Positions 23,721-37,889 of a stretch of 64,000 nt of DNA are shown here, in pieces. Every line of letters starts with the position of its first letter. Position 1 is the first letter of the stretch. The notes under the pieces were generated by a model, which made no database searches, was not told where the DNA came from, and saw only the letters and a program-made list of their open reading frames with translations. Position numbers and translations under genes: made by a program. The stretch covers positions 73,036,001 through 73,100,000 of the forward strand of contig NC_042998.1 of assembly GCF_006345805.1 (NCBI RefSeq), written 5' to 3'. This DNA comes from Octopus sinensis (lineage: Eukaryota).

Positions 23721-26700
23721 TAAAATACTGTACAATTTCTGCATTAAATGCTAATCTTCAATTTAAGATAATATTTAATGTTTCAACGATATGTTGAGCA
23801 CACACACATACATATATATATATGTACGTATTTTTGTATATATATATATTTGTGTGTGTGTGTACTCATATAAAACAGTTATTTCCGCGATTATATAGCA
23901 AGATCAGCATACTAAAAACCGCCATGCATCATAACAAACACGTGGTGAGATACTACTACTGTGTGCTCAAAAGTTCTAATCACCAAAACAAAATATGTAC
24001 GTATGGCCATGTACAAAGGAAAGGTACGAAATGTTTCAGGAGTTACGGTATCCATTTCAATAAACGCCGGCTTTGTTAGAACGTAATACAACTGTTCTAA
24101 TGAAAGAAGAAATATCTATAATGACCAACTCTGCAGAATGTTCCTATATACATTCATATATACGTACCTCTGGTTTCACTTTTCGCATTCCTTACTAATG
24201 GATAAAAAGCTCATTTCTAACACAGAAGCACTTTTTGTTATTAGAATATAGCAACAAGACCGGAATATGTATGAAGTTAAGCATAGAGGTTTGGATATTT
24301 TTATTCACATAATTTTGAATGTTTCTACGGATTTATATGAAGAAGTATGCGTGTTTACAAGTACGGATATATGTGTATACGTGTATAAGCACGTTTTAAC
24401 TTATAACTAACTACACATACATCTGTTTTTATGTCTACATGCCAATATATGCCCTTATTATATAACAAATTTATGGAATGGATGTCTGGATGTAAACACA
24501 TGCATGTAAGTACGAAGAATTTTGTATATATACCTCTGAATTACTATGTATACATAGATACGTTTATATGCCTACATACTTTTGCTGAACACATAGATAC
24601 GTTGGATGTATTTATAGCTGTCCGCTCGTGTGCGTAGATATATGTGTGCAACCAAATGCTCGAATGTATGCGAGTGTATCGGTGTGGATGTAGCAAGTTT
24701 TACTTGGTTAGATGATCCTATAACAGAATATGGATACCCACTTGACGTTCTTTCATTTATTCACCTAATATGTTCTCCTCCCCATCCTCGGACCACTTCA
24801 TTTCGATAAGACGGATATCACTACATTGTATATATTCTATTTGTTAAATGTGAAGCATTTGAATACATGAACAGCCGTAATGTGTATTATGACAAATATA
24901 TTTATAGTTGCGTTTCCCTATAATATAAACACGTATAAACATGTATTACACACGTATTCATATAAACGTACCGAGACACAGACACGCATGTTTGTATGAA
25001 TTTATATGTCCCTTTATTTATGTATATATGTATGGATCCATTATTTTTGTGTACATATATGTATGGATCCATTATGTTTGTGTACATATATGTATATTTT
25101 GGGGAACCGCATATATGTTCGAATTATTTTAGACATTAAACGTATGTTGATTTAAAGATGTTTACAATTGTATATATGTAAACCAGATGTTTAAAATTAT
25201 ACTCAGTCAGATTTACATATACATATATATGTACATATGTGTAGTATGTGAATGTAAATATGTATATACGTATATATGTACATACTTTAAATATGTGCAT
25301 ATTAAAGTGCATATATGTTTTATATCTGTACGCCTGTAGTATATACTGTTTAATATGAGCGCACGTTTAAGTGAATGGCACTTGTATGCAATTTTGCAGT
25401 AATTATTTGACCATAGCATACTTTGCTGCGAATTGTTGGAATAATAATAAGATTCATATTACTATTTACACTGATTTATTCGAATGCCAAAGGCTAGTTT
25501 AGGGAGAAGGAGGAGAACACTTAAAGTATTCTTTCTATCAATTCAAATACAAACGGGTGTATTCAATGAAAATGCGTCGTTTATGTAATATAAATAACGG
25601 AAAAGAATGATAAATGGTTAATCACAGAAGAACGGCGTCATCGTACCACTTTATCCATTTGGAAGATATTGAGATATATGAGGAAATTTTCCTCAATTGA
25701 AAACTTATCCTATCTCTTAGCTACATCCCAAAGGTTATAGATTGCTTGGATCATAAAGGTGTTCGGTTATTTTTTATTTGACGTTTTCAAATTGCACATG
25801 CCTAGAAAACTGTTGCTGCCTTTACAGCTATTGCTGCTTCAACTTCATTTGTATTAACATTGTGTGAATGTTGGTGAGATACTGTCGTTATTGTTCATAC
25901 CACAAAGACTTATGTTAATCTCTCGATATGTCATGCATAAGCCATATGTTTTATATTGTTTTTCAACGGCCAAATAAGCTGACTTCTTGACATGGAATCC
26001 TTCTTTGTGACAAGCAATTTCTTTTCACTTATGTCATAAATGCATTTGAAAACTGCAAACGCCCGCTAATCTCTCTTCTCTAATATTCTCAGCATTTTTT
26101 TCTTATTTGACATTTGTTCGAGATAAACATATTTTTCTATGATCTATATTGTTCCAAATCAATATATGTTCAAGCCTCAGCGACATTAGCGAAGCTGGAA
26201 AGATTTCTATTAAGATTGGAGTAGCAGGAGATAAGAGTGTTTATTTTTATGTTGTATCATAAAAATTACTGAGTTGTTTAAATCATACGTTAAGGCAGGA
26301 TTGTATTGAACTCACATACAGAAGTTAATATCTAACTAATAAACTTACCTAAGAAACAGAATAGATTTCCAGAGGAAATTCTGTATGAGTATAGATATAT
26401 ATGCGTTTACGCGCGTGTGCTTGTAATACGTACGTGTATAAGACAGAAATAAATATTCCTCTGATATCGCGAGAATAATATTGGTGCATATATCACTTAA
26501 AATTCTCCATGAAGTTGAATAGGGTATAGAATTCCGTCGAATTCAGAGATGTTATTCAATATTATATAAAGTAATACAAACTAAATGACACGTGAAAATA
26601 AATCAAGGCGTACATGAAAATAAATATACATATTTTATAAATATTTCCTCAGAAACAGGAGAGTGTTTCTGACTCTCAAATGCTTATAAAAATATGCAGA

Positions 26701-28149
26701 CATTCGTGGTCTTAATCAGAAAACTAACTTGGAAGGCATCATACTTACGTAAAAACATTAGTGTTTTTTCATAAGCAGAAACCCAAGCATAGCATATCGC
26801 TAAGAGTTGAAATGTCGTGGACTGCAGATATCGCCTTCTCATTATTCAATATTATATTCAACTTCATAGTACACTTTGCAGGGAAATATTCTCGGTATGT
26901 TATACTGTTAATCTTTTAAGAAGTCGTTGCTCCCTAAAATTAATAACCATGTGGAATATTTCCCTCGTCTTGTTTCGCCTACGAAGATCTCTCCAAAACA
27001 TGCAAGATAAGCCGGGATTTTATCAAACTTTCCCATTTTGCATACTAACCGATGGCTGTTCAAAGCATCATTCTGCCAGCTACTGATGAATTTAAAACTA
27101 CTAGATCTGATGAAAGATTTTACCGTGTAAACAATAGTAAGTAATTTCCTTGGTATATACTCTATTATATGTCAGAAGATTTACCTTTGTCAGCTCTTCT
27201 ATAGTCCGGTGCTTTAATGATGTAGAGTTCTTAATATATATGTTTTCATAACGATCAGCAATATTAGCAAATATATCCCACATTTTCTTTCTCCTCTCGT
27301 GAATATTTCAAATTGAGGATTTCATAGAAAAAAACACTCTCTGAAGACACCAAATGAACCGGTAATGTTATTAAATGACAGTGCATTCTCTACCCCTCAA
27401 AAATCAAATGCATCGGATATGGCTTTAACTTTGACACTGACTCACTCAAAACAACCGTATCACAGTTCCATCAATAAAAGTTTCACTGGCATGAACTCTT
27501 CCAAATGGTCAGTAATTTTTGGGTGCCACCACTCTTGATATCTTTCAGTTCTTATCCATCGTCGTCGATATAATATTATTTGGCGTGATTCTTTTCCACA
27601 GAAACAGACTTGAGTTCTAAACATTAGATTCAAACTGTCGAGCCTGCTGGCCGTAGTAATTTTCGAATACTGCTTATCGTGTTCATCAGATAAGCATGTA
27701 ACATCCTCATTCTGAGGATATATATATATATAACATTTATAAACGTTATGGTTTCCGTTTTGATATATTCCATTAGTTCTACAACTCAAAACTGCTTATA
27801 TATATTAATGCATATCATTCCTGCTTCAGTTACAGTATCCGGGCATCTCCTCGAGATCTCTACTTCCGCTTGGTTTGGTGGCATAGAGAGTGATCAGATG
27901 AGATATTTATGCATTTCCTCTACTGGCGAGTTCTTTTTGTATCTAAAGTCCCCTTATTTCTTGTGGGATTTGAAATTTATTTTTCTCGTGGAAAAACCTA
28001 TTGAATTTTCAGTGAATAGCAGTAATAGAAATATTCGATAGCGATCCAGTTGAATTGTCAATGAGACAGTGGGAGAGAGATGGAGCAGGGTTATATGACG
28101 ACGAAGAGAGAGGGTGATCACGTTGCTTTTTGGCTATGCTACTGGAATG

Positions 28150-28300
28150 GTAGCAAGCACGCAAAACGAAGAGATGACCAACACCACCACCGTCACCAAC
28201 AACAACACCATCACCACCACCACGACCACCATCAAAATTGCCACCACAGCCACGACCACTACGAACTGCAAGAACAACAACAACGATAACAACAACAGCA
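28150..28300. repeat. (CAC/CAA)n-rich low-complexity tract
   Basis: Read directly. It produces the poly-T/H/N ORFs. Confidence 0.85.
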
Positions 28301-28389
28301 AAGTTTCGAGGCGGGTAAAACATAAGCACTATAGCTGGAATCTAGTTCATTTCTTCCCTGCTCAAAACCTCAATTAAGTGACTTCTTCC

Positions 28390-31300
28390 CTGTTTGTTTC
28401 TCCGATAAATATGGCTGTTTTCAGAGTGGAGTGCGTGAATCTACGTGCCTTATAGTCAGCTTCGAAGCAAGGTCACTTGCTCAATGATCTCAGATTTCTG
28501 GATGTAGATGTGGCTGAAATTATCAGGACATGGATTCCAAATGTGGAAGTACTAGTGGCCATTTTCGATGACTATGAAATATTCTCACCTCGTTGACTGT
28601 AGGGAGCGGGCGATGGGATAGCCGTACTATTCCGAAAATCTTTACATGTCGAAGAAATCGCAATCTTTATGACCCGGACGGGAATGACAGCGAAGGTGGT
28701 GCCTTTAGTTTGGTAGGCGTTTATGCCATGAGAGGGGCTGAAGAACCAGATTTCGTCAGGCGTCTAGAAACATTCCTAAGAGCATCTCGCAATTTAGCAA
28801 TAATAGCGGAAAGGAATAGAATTTTCAATGCACAGAAAGATTGTGTGGGGCTAATACATTTCAGAAGCGGGTGCAAAAGCCCCGTAAACCTGCTCAGAAA
28901 CTTCCATTTATTTGATAGGTGTCAACAGCATTTCCCTCATTTCCGATGTGGACATGAAGCAACCGCTATCTGGATAGAGTATTTGTTATGTCAGTGGGTA
29001 GGTATAGCGTAGATTGTGTACAGTTGAAACTGGTCTGCTGCACAGACTACAAATTTGTGATCTGCACAGTAAATTTAGATATGGCTAGCAAGGCGATTGC
29101 TAAAGGCGATCAGGCAAGGCGACAAGCTAGCTGCGAGAAAAGCCACTGACCACTTCATTGAGACGAAACACGATGGCTGCGTTGTCAGAGCGCTCGAACC
29201 CCAAGGAACGAAAAATATTTCGATGGAACCAAACAATGGAGATGCAATATGGTAACAAAGGCATGGTCAGATCTTTGATGGATCGGGACAAATGCGTGCT
29301 ATTCGGTTACGAGCAGAGGGCTCACTTGTCTAGAACCACTTTGGTGCGGCTTTTGTGGTATAGCGACAGTAGCAGACTTTAGTTTATACCTGGACAGTCC
29401 GCCACCGCTCTTAGCAGCGGACGTGAAGTTCTACGAAAAGCCAATAACGGCAACTGAACAACGGGAGGGGATGTGCGATTGCACAAGTCGCAGATTGCAT
29501 GTTTAGGATCATCTTCCCTGTGAATTGTATGAGTCATGCTAGATTTGCTTTGTGGCCTTTTGGCAGGCATCTACCGTAACTGGCAACAGAACTAGAGACT
29601 TGTTTCAGCTGTTAACCAGGTAGTAGTGACACTGATGAAGAAGGAAGTTGAAAGTGGGGACGTGCGACAGAATGTTTGTCACATAAGTCTGCTAAATGCA
29701 GAGTTTAAGATTTTGGCCAATGTGTTAGCGAAAATGTTGGCGCTTTTCTTCAGTAGTTTCGACGGGGAAGCGCAAATGACTGCTATCTCGAACGGGTCTA
29801 ACCTCGACAACCTTCCCCTCAAGCGATATATCACAGGAGACAGAAATTGGCATCGATAGGGTTTCAATCCATTTGGACCAATCCAAATCATTCGATATGG
29901 TGCACCATCACAACTCGGAAGCTGTCCGGAATGCGGTCGGTTTCCGACCCAAATTCAGAGGATGGATCACTGCATTACACAGAGACACCTATTTGGTAGT
30001 CTAAGTAATCGGAAACATATCGGGATCGTTTGAGACAGCACGGTCGGTCCGCCAAGTCTGCCTGATGTCACCCCTTCTTTATGTGCTGGCTTTTAATCCA
30101 CTGCTGCCGAAGTTGGAACAGTTGAAGTGCATACTGTCAAACTGGGTTACGGGAGAGCAGAGTCGGTGTACACGGACGACGTCACCGTCATGTTGTTGGA
30201 CGCATCAGAAGTGGAGACGGTCGGCACCAATCTGAAGGAATATCGGTTGTTTAAGGATGTTGAACGAAACACCCATTTTTCAGGGGTGAATTGTTCAAAC
30301 ACCAAAGAATTCTTCTCAACATATGGCTATGATCCGCCCCACTACTTCTCGTGGTCATAGATGTACGTATCGTTAACCACAAAGGGACATGCTCAACTGA
30401 CAAGCAAATCTGTGGTATTGAGCAGAATATTTCCTGTAGCTCATATTCTATTCCAAAACTTGTACATGATAGCGCTTACAACCAGTTAAGATCAAAAGCC
30501 ATGACAGCCAGTGCCTATTACTGCATCAGGGCATCTATTTTTATTACTATTATTAATATTATTATTATCATTATCATTGGAAAACTCGGTGGGCTGGAGA
30601 GGTAAGTCCATGCCGTCCAACAGCGTCGTGGGGCGCTGGACAGATGGTTCGTTTAAACTGCTCGGGATCTGATTTTTTCCGGACCTCCAGGTGGAGACAA
30701 ACTGGGACGAGGTGGTGGACAGCGTGGCCAATCTCACTCAGAAATGGGCCGAGAGGAAGCTGTCCCTGAAAGGACAAGCTGAGATGGCGAATGCGGATAT
30801 CGCACCCGTCATCTACTACTGCTTGACCGCCGTCATTTACCCTATATGTTGGCCGAACAAGTTGGTGGGCTTCCTCTTTTGATTTCTGTGGAGGGACGCG
30901 TGCTGCTGATCAGGCGTTCCATCTGCTGTCTACAGCCGCTGAATAGGGGTCCGGGCATGCCGTGGTTGCTGATTTGCGGGCATTCTCTCAAGCTGCGACG
31001 TCTCCAGCGTTTCCTTGACGGTGAGCGACTGTGGTCACCGTCTGTTAGACTCGCTTCCCACAGCTCGATTCTTTGACTGAGCTGCAATCCCAGATTAGGC
31101 GTAGACTGAGCTGGGGCGCTTGATACCTCGAGCGCCGTCAAGCGATCACGGCCATCTGCCAGTCAGACAATTCGGTTGGTGCTAGTTCCACTCTAGCGTT
31201 CTTTAGAAGAAAAGTGCGACGACATTCTCGGGGAAGCTCTGGGCGTCGACGAGGTCAGCTTACCGCTTTGTTCCGGCGGACTTTCCTGCTGAGGTCTATG

Positions 31301-31590
31301 GATAACTTCCAGAAATCCCTGGCTTAGCAGAGTTACGAGGGGTGCTACTCGTTCTAGATAAACTTTACCGGCATAGAAGTGCCGACAACCGATCCTACCC
31401 GTGCTGTACGCTGAGTGACAAAACCGTTCTGCGCGCACACGTCCAGTGCCCGAACATGGCTGACCTATGGGTTTACATCGAATACCTGCTGGTGCATGTG
31501 GTACGGTTCCCACTATCAGTTGAATCCATAGTGAAGATTGCCACACCGCTTTCCTTTGGCTGGGAGGGGCAAGCAATTTTTATTTTCTGG
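28390..31590 (+). mobile_element. Tx1/L1-clade LINE ORF2 (APE-RT-Cys motif), decayed and interrupted
   Basis: MAVFRVECVNLRAL (APE start), FSLVGVYA, ISLLNAEFKILA, VRQVCLMSPLLYVLA, YTDDVT, WAERKLSLKG, and C..C...TVLRAHVQC. Confidence 0.88.
30245..30537. mobile_element. SINE-like family C insert within the Tx1 copy
   Basis: Breaks the Tx1 coding continuity and ends in an (ATT)n tract. Shares CCCCACTACTTC...GCAAATCTGTGGTATTGAGCAGAATATTTCCTGTAGC with 31590-31768. Confidence 0.7.
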
Positions 31591-31767
31591 CTATGATGCT
31601 TCCCCACTACTTCTGCTCGTGATCAGAGATGCACATATCGTCAGCCACTAAGGGACATACTCAACTGGTTAAGGTCAAACAACTGACAGGCAAATCTGTG
31701 GTATTGAGCAGAATATTTCCTGTAGCCCATCTTTTATACCAAGACAAAACAATGTACATGATAACAC

Positions 31768-31768
<1 letters not shown>
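31590..31768. mobile_element. second SINE-like family C fragment
   Basis: Direct repeat of ~30325-30480. Confidence 0.7.
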
Positions 31769-31822
<54 letters not shown>

Positions 31823-31832
31823 CATTATTATT

Positions 31833-33265
31833 TTCGTTGCACAGCTTCTAACAACGGTGTCAGCTGTTCAGTAACAGTGAACTAAGGTAACACCTCTTAT
31901 TTTTCGAGCACCTTCCGGTGTATTCAAGCGTGCTGTTTTCTGCAAGTACTCAACCCTTATTGCAGCCCATAATATGTTCTTCATGTACTTCTCAAGATTT
32001 TACTCACTGTTCCCTGGGCTCCGACAATTATTGGCACAACTGCCATTTCCGGTGTATGTTGTTACCAAGCACCCGTATGTTGTTACCAAGTACCCGTAGC
32101 CTCATATCCATACTTCCGGCATAGTAGCCAGTTTTCGGCTACTTCGTCGTGTCAACACTTGTACTCTTTCTGTACAAGACTTTCACAAGCACTAACAATG
32201 AGAATCACTTTCGGCCCTCTGCAGAATGCGTAGGAAGAATTACTGTGGTTTATATCATTTTTCACCCAGTTGGTATTCAATGCCTGATCCTGGGCCGCGA
32301 TGATTAGGCTTTCAGTATTCTTTTTTTAGGTCACCTTTGTTGCACCACCTCCATGATACTTCCCGGCCTTTTAATTTGTTGGTTTCACGGTGGAATTGAC
32401 CATGTACTTCCATACGGAGTAGGGCTTCTTCTCTCTCGTTGTTTGTTCTTGTTCGGAATTCATAAGCACTCTTGAGTCAATTTTTGTTAACTCCTTCTAC
32501 ACAAGCAGCATACTGTAGCAGGTCTTCTTTGCTGTTTACCAAATATTCTGCCATGTTTCTTCTTTTACTGTTGATGCATTCCCGTACGCTAAGCAGCCCA
32601 CATCCACCCATACCTCTCTTCATGTATAGCCTGTGTATATTAGCCTTAGTGTGGGGATCACCATGCATTGTCATTGTCTTTTGAGTAGTGAGATCGAGTT
32701 GGTCAATTTCCGTTTGTGTCCATCTCAGGATGGTTGCACTCTAGCGGCCTACAGCAACAGCCCGTATGGTGATGGCAGTCACAAAGTTCTTTGAGTTGAG
32801 CTTTTATTTCAAGAGAAGTTTGAGGCACTTCAAATATGCAGTGTGGAACTTGTCTTTCGTTTCTCTGTGCAAGATATTTTCCAGCTCCAGGATCCTAAGG
32901 TACTTGTACTCATTATCATCCGGGTCTTCCATTCTCTTTTTGTTTGGAAATTCTATATCCCTACTCTTTTCCCCCGCTTCAAAGTAAGCACCGTACACTT
33001 CGATATACCGAATTCCATCCCCATATCGTTGCTGCACATTTGCAGTCTCAACCAGCCTCTCCATTTCAGGCTCTGTTTTTTCGAACAGTTTTAAATCTTC
33101 CATGAAGATAACGTGGCTGAGACGAAGTCCATTGTTTCTCAGCTAATAGTGCACGTTGATTTTACGTATGACTACAGAAAGTAGGATCAAGGCCATAACA
33201 AATAACAGAGGTGAACAAGAGTTTCCTTGGAAGATACATCTTTTCATTGTTATCTCGGCTCAGTG
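31833..33265 (-). mobile_element. R4/Dong-type element, 5'-truncated, 3' end in (TAA)n
   Basis: CIFQG.SCSPLLF, LSHVIFMEDLKLF, YKYLRILE, RLYMKRGMGGCGLLSV, ESLIIAAQDQAL and VLAENSTLEY. (TTA)n at 31768-31832. A 21-bp tandem duplication lies at ~32054-32095. Confidence 0.88.
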
Positions 33266-33277
33266 CTGGTTATTACA

Positions 33278-34470
33278 GGAAATTCCAGGCCCATAACTCT
33301 GCTGAACACAGAGTTAAAGGTGCTAGTGAAAAGGTTGGCGCACGTTGTAGACGGACTTGTAGGGGAAGCGCAAAAGTACGCCATCTCGGGCAGGTTGATC
33401 CACGACAATCTCCATCTTATACAGTACTCCTTGGAGAGGGTGAGGAAAATTTCTGGCGTAGGAGGGCACTAGTACATTTAGACTAGCCTAACGCATTTGA
33501 TAGGGTCGGCCATCGGTATTTGGCGTCGGTCTTCGAGAAGGCTGGCTTGGGTCCGACCTTCCGCGGTTGGATTGCTGCGTTGTACAGCGACATCCAGTCT
33601 GTCGTGAAAGTGAATGGTTTCTTTTCGAGGCCAAGAAGGATCAAACGAGCAGTGCGTCAGGATTGTACCCTATCTCCGCTTTTATATGTACTGGCCCTTG
33701 AGCCATTGCTGCGGAAGATGGATGCGTTGGGGGCGCGCGGCATAATCTATAGTGTGGAAGATGAGCAACGGCGTACGCGGATGGCATCTCCATCATATTG
33801 GCGGATGAAGGCCAGCTTCCTATGGTGGAAAAGGCCATCGAAACTTACGAGGCTGTGACAGGAGCAAAGGTTAACAAGAAGTCGGTCGGTTTGCAACTCG
33901 GCACCTGGAGGCGCAAGCCAATGCCGCACAATAACTTCGTGGGGCGTTGGACGGAAGGTGCCGTTAAGCTACCCGGAGTTTAGATTGGATCCAGACCTCC
34001 AGACAGAAAAATTGGAATGAGGTGGCCAGCAAAGTGACTGCTCTAACCCAGACCTGGACTGGGTGGGCGTTATCCTTGCTAGGAGGGGCGGAGGTGGTAC
34101 AGATGTTTATAGCATCAGTAATCACCTACTGTCTGACCGCGGTGCCTTGCCCCGATTTGTGACTGAACAAGTTGGAGAGAATCTTTTTCCGCTTTTTGTG
34201 GAAGGGAGGAAAGCCTCTGGTGAAGCACTCTATCTGCTGCCAGAAACCGCTAAAGCGTGGGTTAGGGTTGCCTTGACTGAAGATGCGAAAATTCGCTTTA
34301 AGGTTGAGGCACCTATGGCTTTACCTGGATGGAGAACAGGTGTGGGCACCGCATATCCGGTTCTATTTTCCGCAGTTAAAGTCCATAACGGATGTTGGTA
34401 CATGTATCAGAGACCTAGCCTGGGGGACTGGCAATTGGAGTGCCGTGAGGAACTTCAGTTACTCTCTCGA
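33278..34470 (+). mobile_element. Tx1/L1-clade LINE RT fragment
   Basis: RPITLLNTELK, AFDRV, VRQDCTLSPLLYVLALEPLLRK, AYADG and TGAKVNKKS. Confidence 0.9.
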
Positions 34471-34471
34471 G

Positions 34472-34637
34472 TGGTGTGTGTTTACGTCTCCGTAACTTAG
34501 CGGTTCAGCAAAAGATACACCGATAGAATAAGTACTAGACTTACAAAGAATCAGTCCTGGGGTTGATTTTTCAACTACAGGCAGTGCTCCAGCATGGCTG
34601 TAGTCAAATGACTGAAACAAACAATAGAATAAAAGAA
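34472..34637 (+). mobile_element. 3' half of SINE family B
   Basis: GTTTACGTC.CCGTAACTTAGCGGTTC...GTGCTCCAGCATGGC..AGTCAAATGACTGAAAC matches 43310-43470. Confidence 0.88.
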
Positions 34638-37600
34638 TATATATACACGCAAACACACATACACACAATCACAAACACAGACACACGCGAACATACATAT
34701 ACACACACCTAAAATTATCCATAAGATTACCATTGATGCCATTAAAATATGAAGTATGCTCTACACTTTATTACACTACATGTATATTTGGAGCGTGCCT
34801 GACGATCCTATAACCTATCCATTGATTTACTTTCTCCAAAACATGATCTCGAATTTTAGCACTTGCCAATTAAATGTTACTTAAGATCTGAAATTCTGTG
34901 GGGTTCTATTTGATGAGAAACCAAACTGTGTGGATGTATAGACATTTAATATGATACAATATAAGCTTATACCCGACTCTACAGTATTCAGAGAATCTTG
35001 CTTAATCGATTCGATTTGATAGAATACAAAGATCCGAAATATTTTATACAGTGAAATGGAAACCGTTTTATTCATGTCTTTCAGCCATGCTAGTAACATT
35101 TAGGAAATGGAATTGCTTAAACCATTTGCGATTTACGATTTCTTCAACCTTATATTTGACTCAGTAGTACTCGTTAAATAAAGCTATATCATATTAATTT
35201 GATTACTATCTGAAAAACCATCCAGATCTTTTCACTAAATTCACAATATAGTGTCCTACTAGGATATTTTAACAGCGAGTTCCTCTCATGAAAGAAATAA
35301 AAATTTAATGATATCGAAATAAATGTAACCTTTCTACGTGAACTAAGTTTTACCCTTTACATTCTATTCCCAACTCTAATACATTCCTTCTAATTAATAT
35401 AGACGGTGTAATGAAACGGTACTTTTATACCCTCAAAATATCCTTATAACCTCTCATTTTCAGCCTCACCGCCAGTTTCAATTTAAAAACTTCATGAGAA
35501 ATGTAAATTCCCCATTGATCAATATTTTATCTATGATATAAAGTATGGTCTAATAAAATAAGTCTTACATCACGTGCGAAATTAATCATAATATTCAGAT
35601 ATTTAAGGAGGCGTTCCTGTTTTAATGGCATGACATAAGAATCTCATTAGTTTATGAGATTAAGATAATTCAACTTCCAATTAAAAGGTTGCAGAAATAA
35701 AGATGCCATGTCATTGTGACCTTACTCTTAGCACGTAATTCGAAGCTGAATGCATAGCAGTGTATTCACACAACACATTGACGACTGATATCTTCAATAA
35801 AATTCCCAAAGTTCACACACGCTGGCGAATATGCACACACACACACACATGCATGCACACACACACACGCACACACACACGCACACACACTCATAGCTAC
35901 ACATACACACGCATACACGCTAGCTCATAGTTCACAGGAGTATGCTTCTCATTAAAGTGATACGCCACCGATTCTTCAATAGAAGCCAAATTTTAAAATT
36001 TCAAAGCATCAATTCTGTAACCAACCCACATTCATTAGACTTAGAGGCAATCAATTAATTGCAGTGGCATTAATATCTATCTCACGTGAAGTTGTAACCG
36101 ATTGGCTACCTATGTTTGCATGTTTTTCTGTGTAGCGTAGTTCCTGTTTTCAATATATATTACTTATAGATTAATATATGTGAATGTAGCATTTAGTGTG
36201 TTTCCTTTCTTCTGAACCTAAAATTTTAGAAATGAAAGCTATTTCGTATTAAATCAGTTTCCATAAGAGAACAAATAAATAGCCGTCTCATGATGCTTAG
36301 TGGAATCTCGTTTAACGTTACTGCGAGTATAGTTTATGAAAACATTGCAGAAAGTAGTATAGAATTTCCCACATATGAATTGAAAACAAAATTTCTGGCT
36401 TTTATCACAGAGATTTCCCTTTTAATATTTTGCACGTTGAAAACCGCCAGCAAACAATGAGATTTGATATTTATAATGAGTAATTGACGTAAAGCAATTG
36501 TTTAAATTATACATAAACTTGAAATACCATACATATTGAAGGTGTTGAATTACCCAGATGTTTAAACTATTTCGATATTTCAATACGTGCGAATGTAGCT
36601 GAAATATTGCGACTGAAATAAATATGACATGTACTGCATATCGCTTCCTGTCGGCCCATAGTTTGTTATTTAATTAATATCAAGTTTTGTGGACCAACGA
36701 AAAGTAGAGTGTCCTGAACAATAATATATATTTCAAGAGAAAACATGCATAAAAAAGCGTGTTGAATAACGTTATATTATATGTAAAACATTAACAATGA
36801 TGTATTTCTTTGTGACGAAATATGTTTATATAGACAGCGAAAACGTAGCTGTTTGAAACATTGTGATATTACAGGTAGGGAAAGGAAAGTTGAAAGGCAC
36901 AATGCCTTGCACTATTTAGCTATAGCAACATTAAGTCATATTACGATACAGTCGAAGTTTCCAATTTATGATTCCAACCTACAATAAGTTCTATTCAAAG
37001 AATACTTCCAATTTTGTCGATTATACATGTTCCTAGCATCCATGATATTGCGCATATATTTGTGCCCCAGTTCACTGATAGTGTACTTTACAATGACTTA
37101 AATTTTATCCAAGATCGTCTACATGACTCGATTCCCGAATTCTGCGCTTGGAACCTTTGGAAGACCTTTGTTTCTTGAGAAGTTTATCAAACTGCATAGT
37201 CGTACAAACTAAAATTTCAAAAGTTCTCCGCTGTCAATGATACAGCATTGGCTAACACATCTGTATTCCACTGACTAGTAGTGGGGAATTAAAAATATCT
37301 ATTACATAGACACGCATAATTTGTACAAGCAACACAAGCCAACGCCAAAACACACATCTTACTCCACCACCAACACCACTATGAAATGGTAAATCAAATT
37401 TAATAGCGTTGATGCATCGAGCATGGAATTATAAAATCTGCCACTATTCCCCAAGCGAGAGATTATGCCTTAAGCCTGACTATCCCTTCTTTCATTTTCC
37501 ATGGACTGGGCGCAATACGAAGCACATGACTCCAAAACACCACTAAGTCCACAGTAATAACACCCCTTAGAGTGGTTGTCTTGGTCTAGCCATTCCCAGA

Positions 37601-37889
37601 AACTCACAAGTCACCCAGATATCCACCGATTAAAATCAACAGCAACAAACCAGATAACCATAGCGATATCCAGTAGTCAAACCATAACAATTCCTGACAC
37701 CAGCCATTTCCAAAACAAGAAACTTATTTTTTACCCATGATGAATTTGGCATAATAAATCAAAAGAAACCTTTTATCTCTCACACAGCATTAGCTACTGC
37801 TGTTACCCTTATACTCAAACACACAATATTGCTATCATTAACTCATAAATTCAATAATATTGAATTACCAGGTTACACAAATCGAACAA

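Noticed and set aside
25024-25095. 31-bp tandem duplication (also ~30 bp at 17488-17547)
   Set aside because: Ordinary slippage-type duplications with no further structure.
26850-27990. FVGETRR (GIY-YIG-like) on the minus strand near 26975, within a coding-like stretch
   Set aside because: I could not find ordered RT or nuclease motifs to support it; a translated search is needed.
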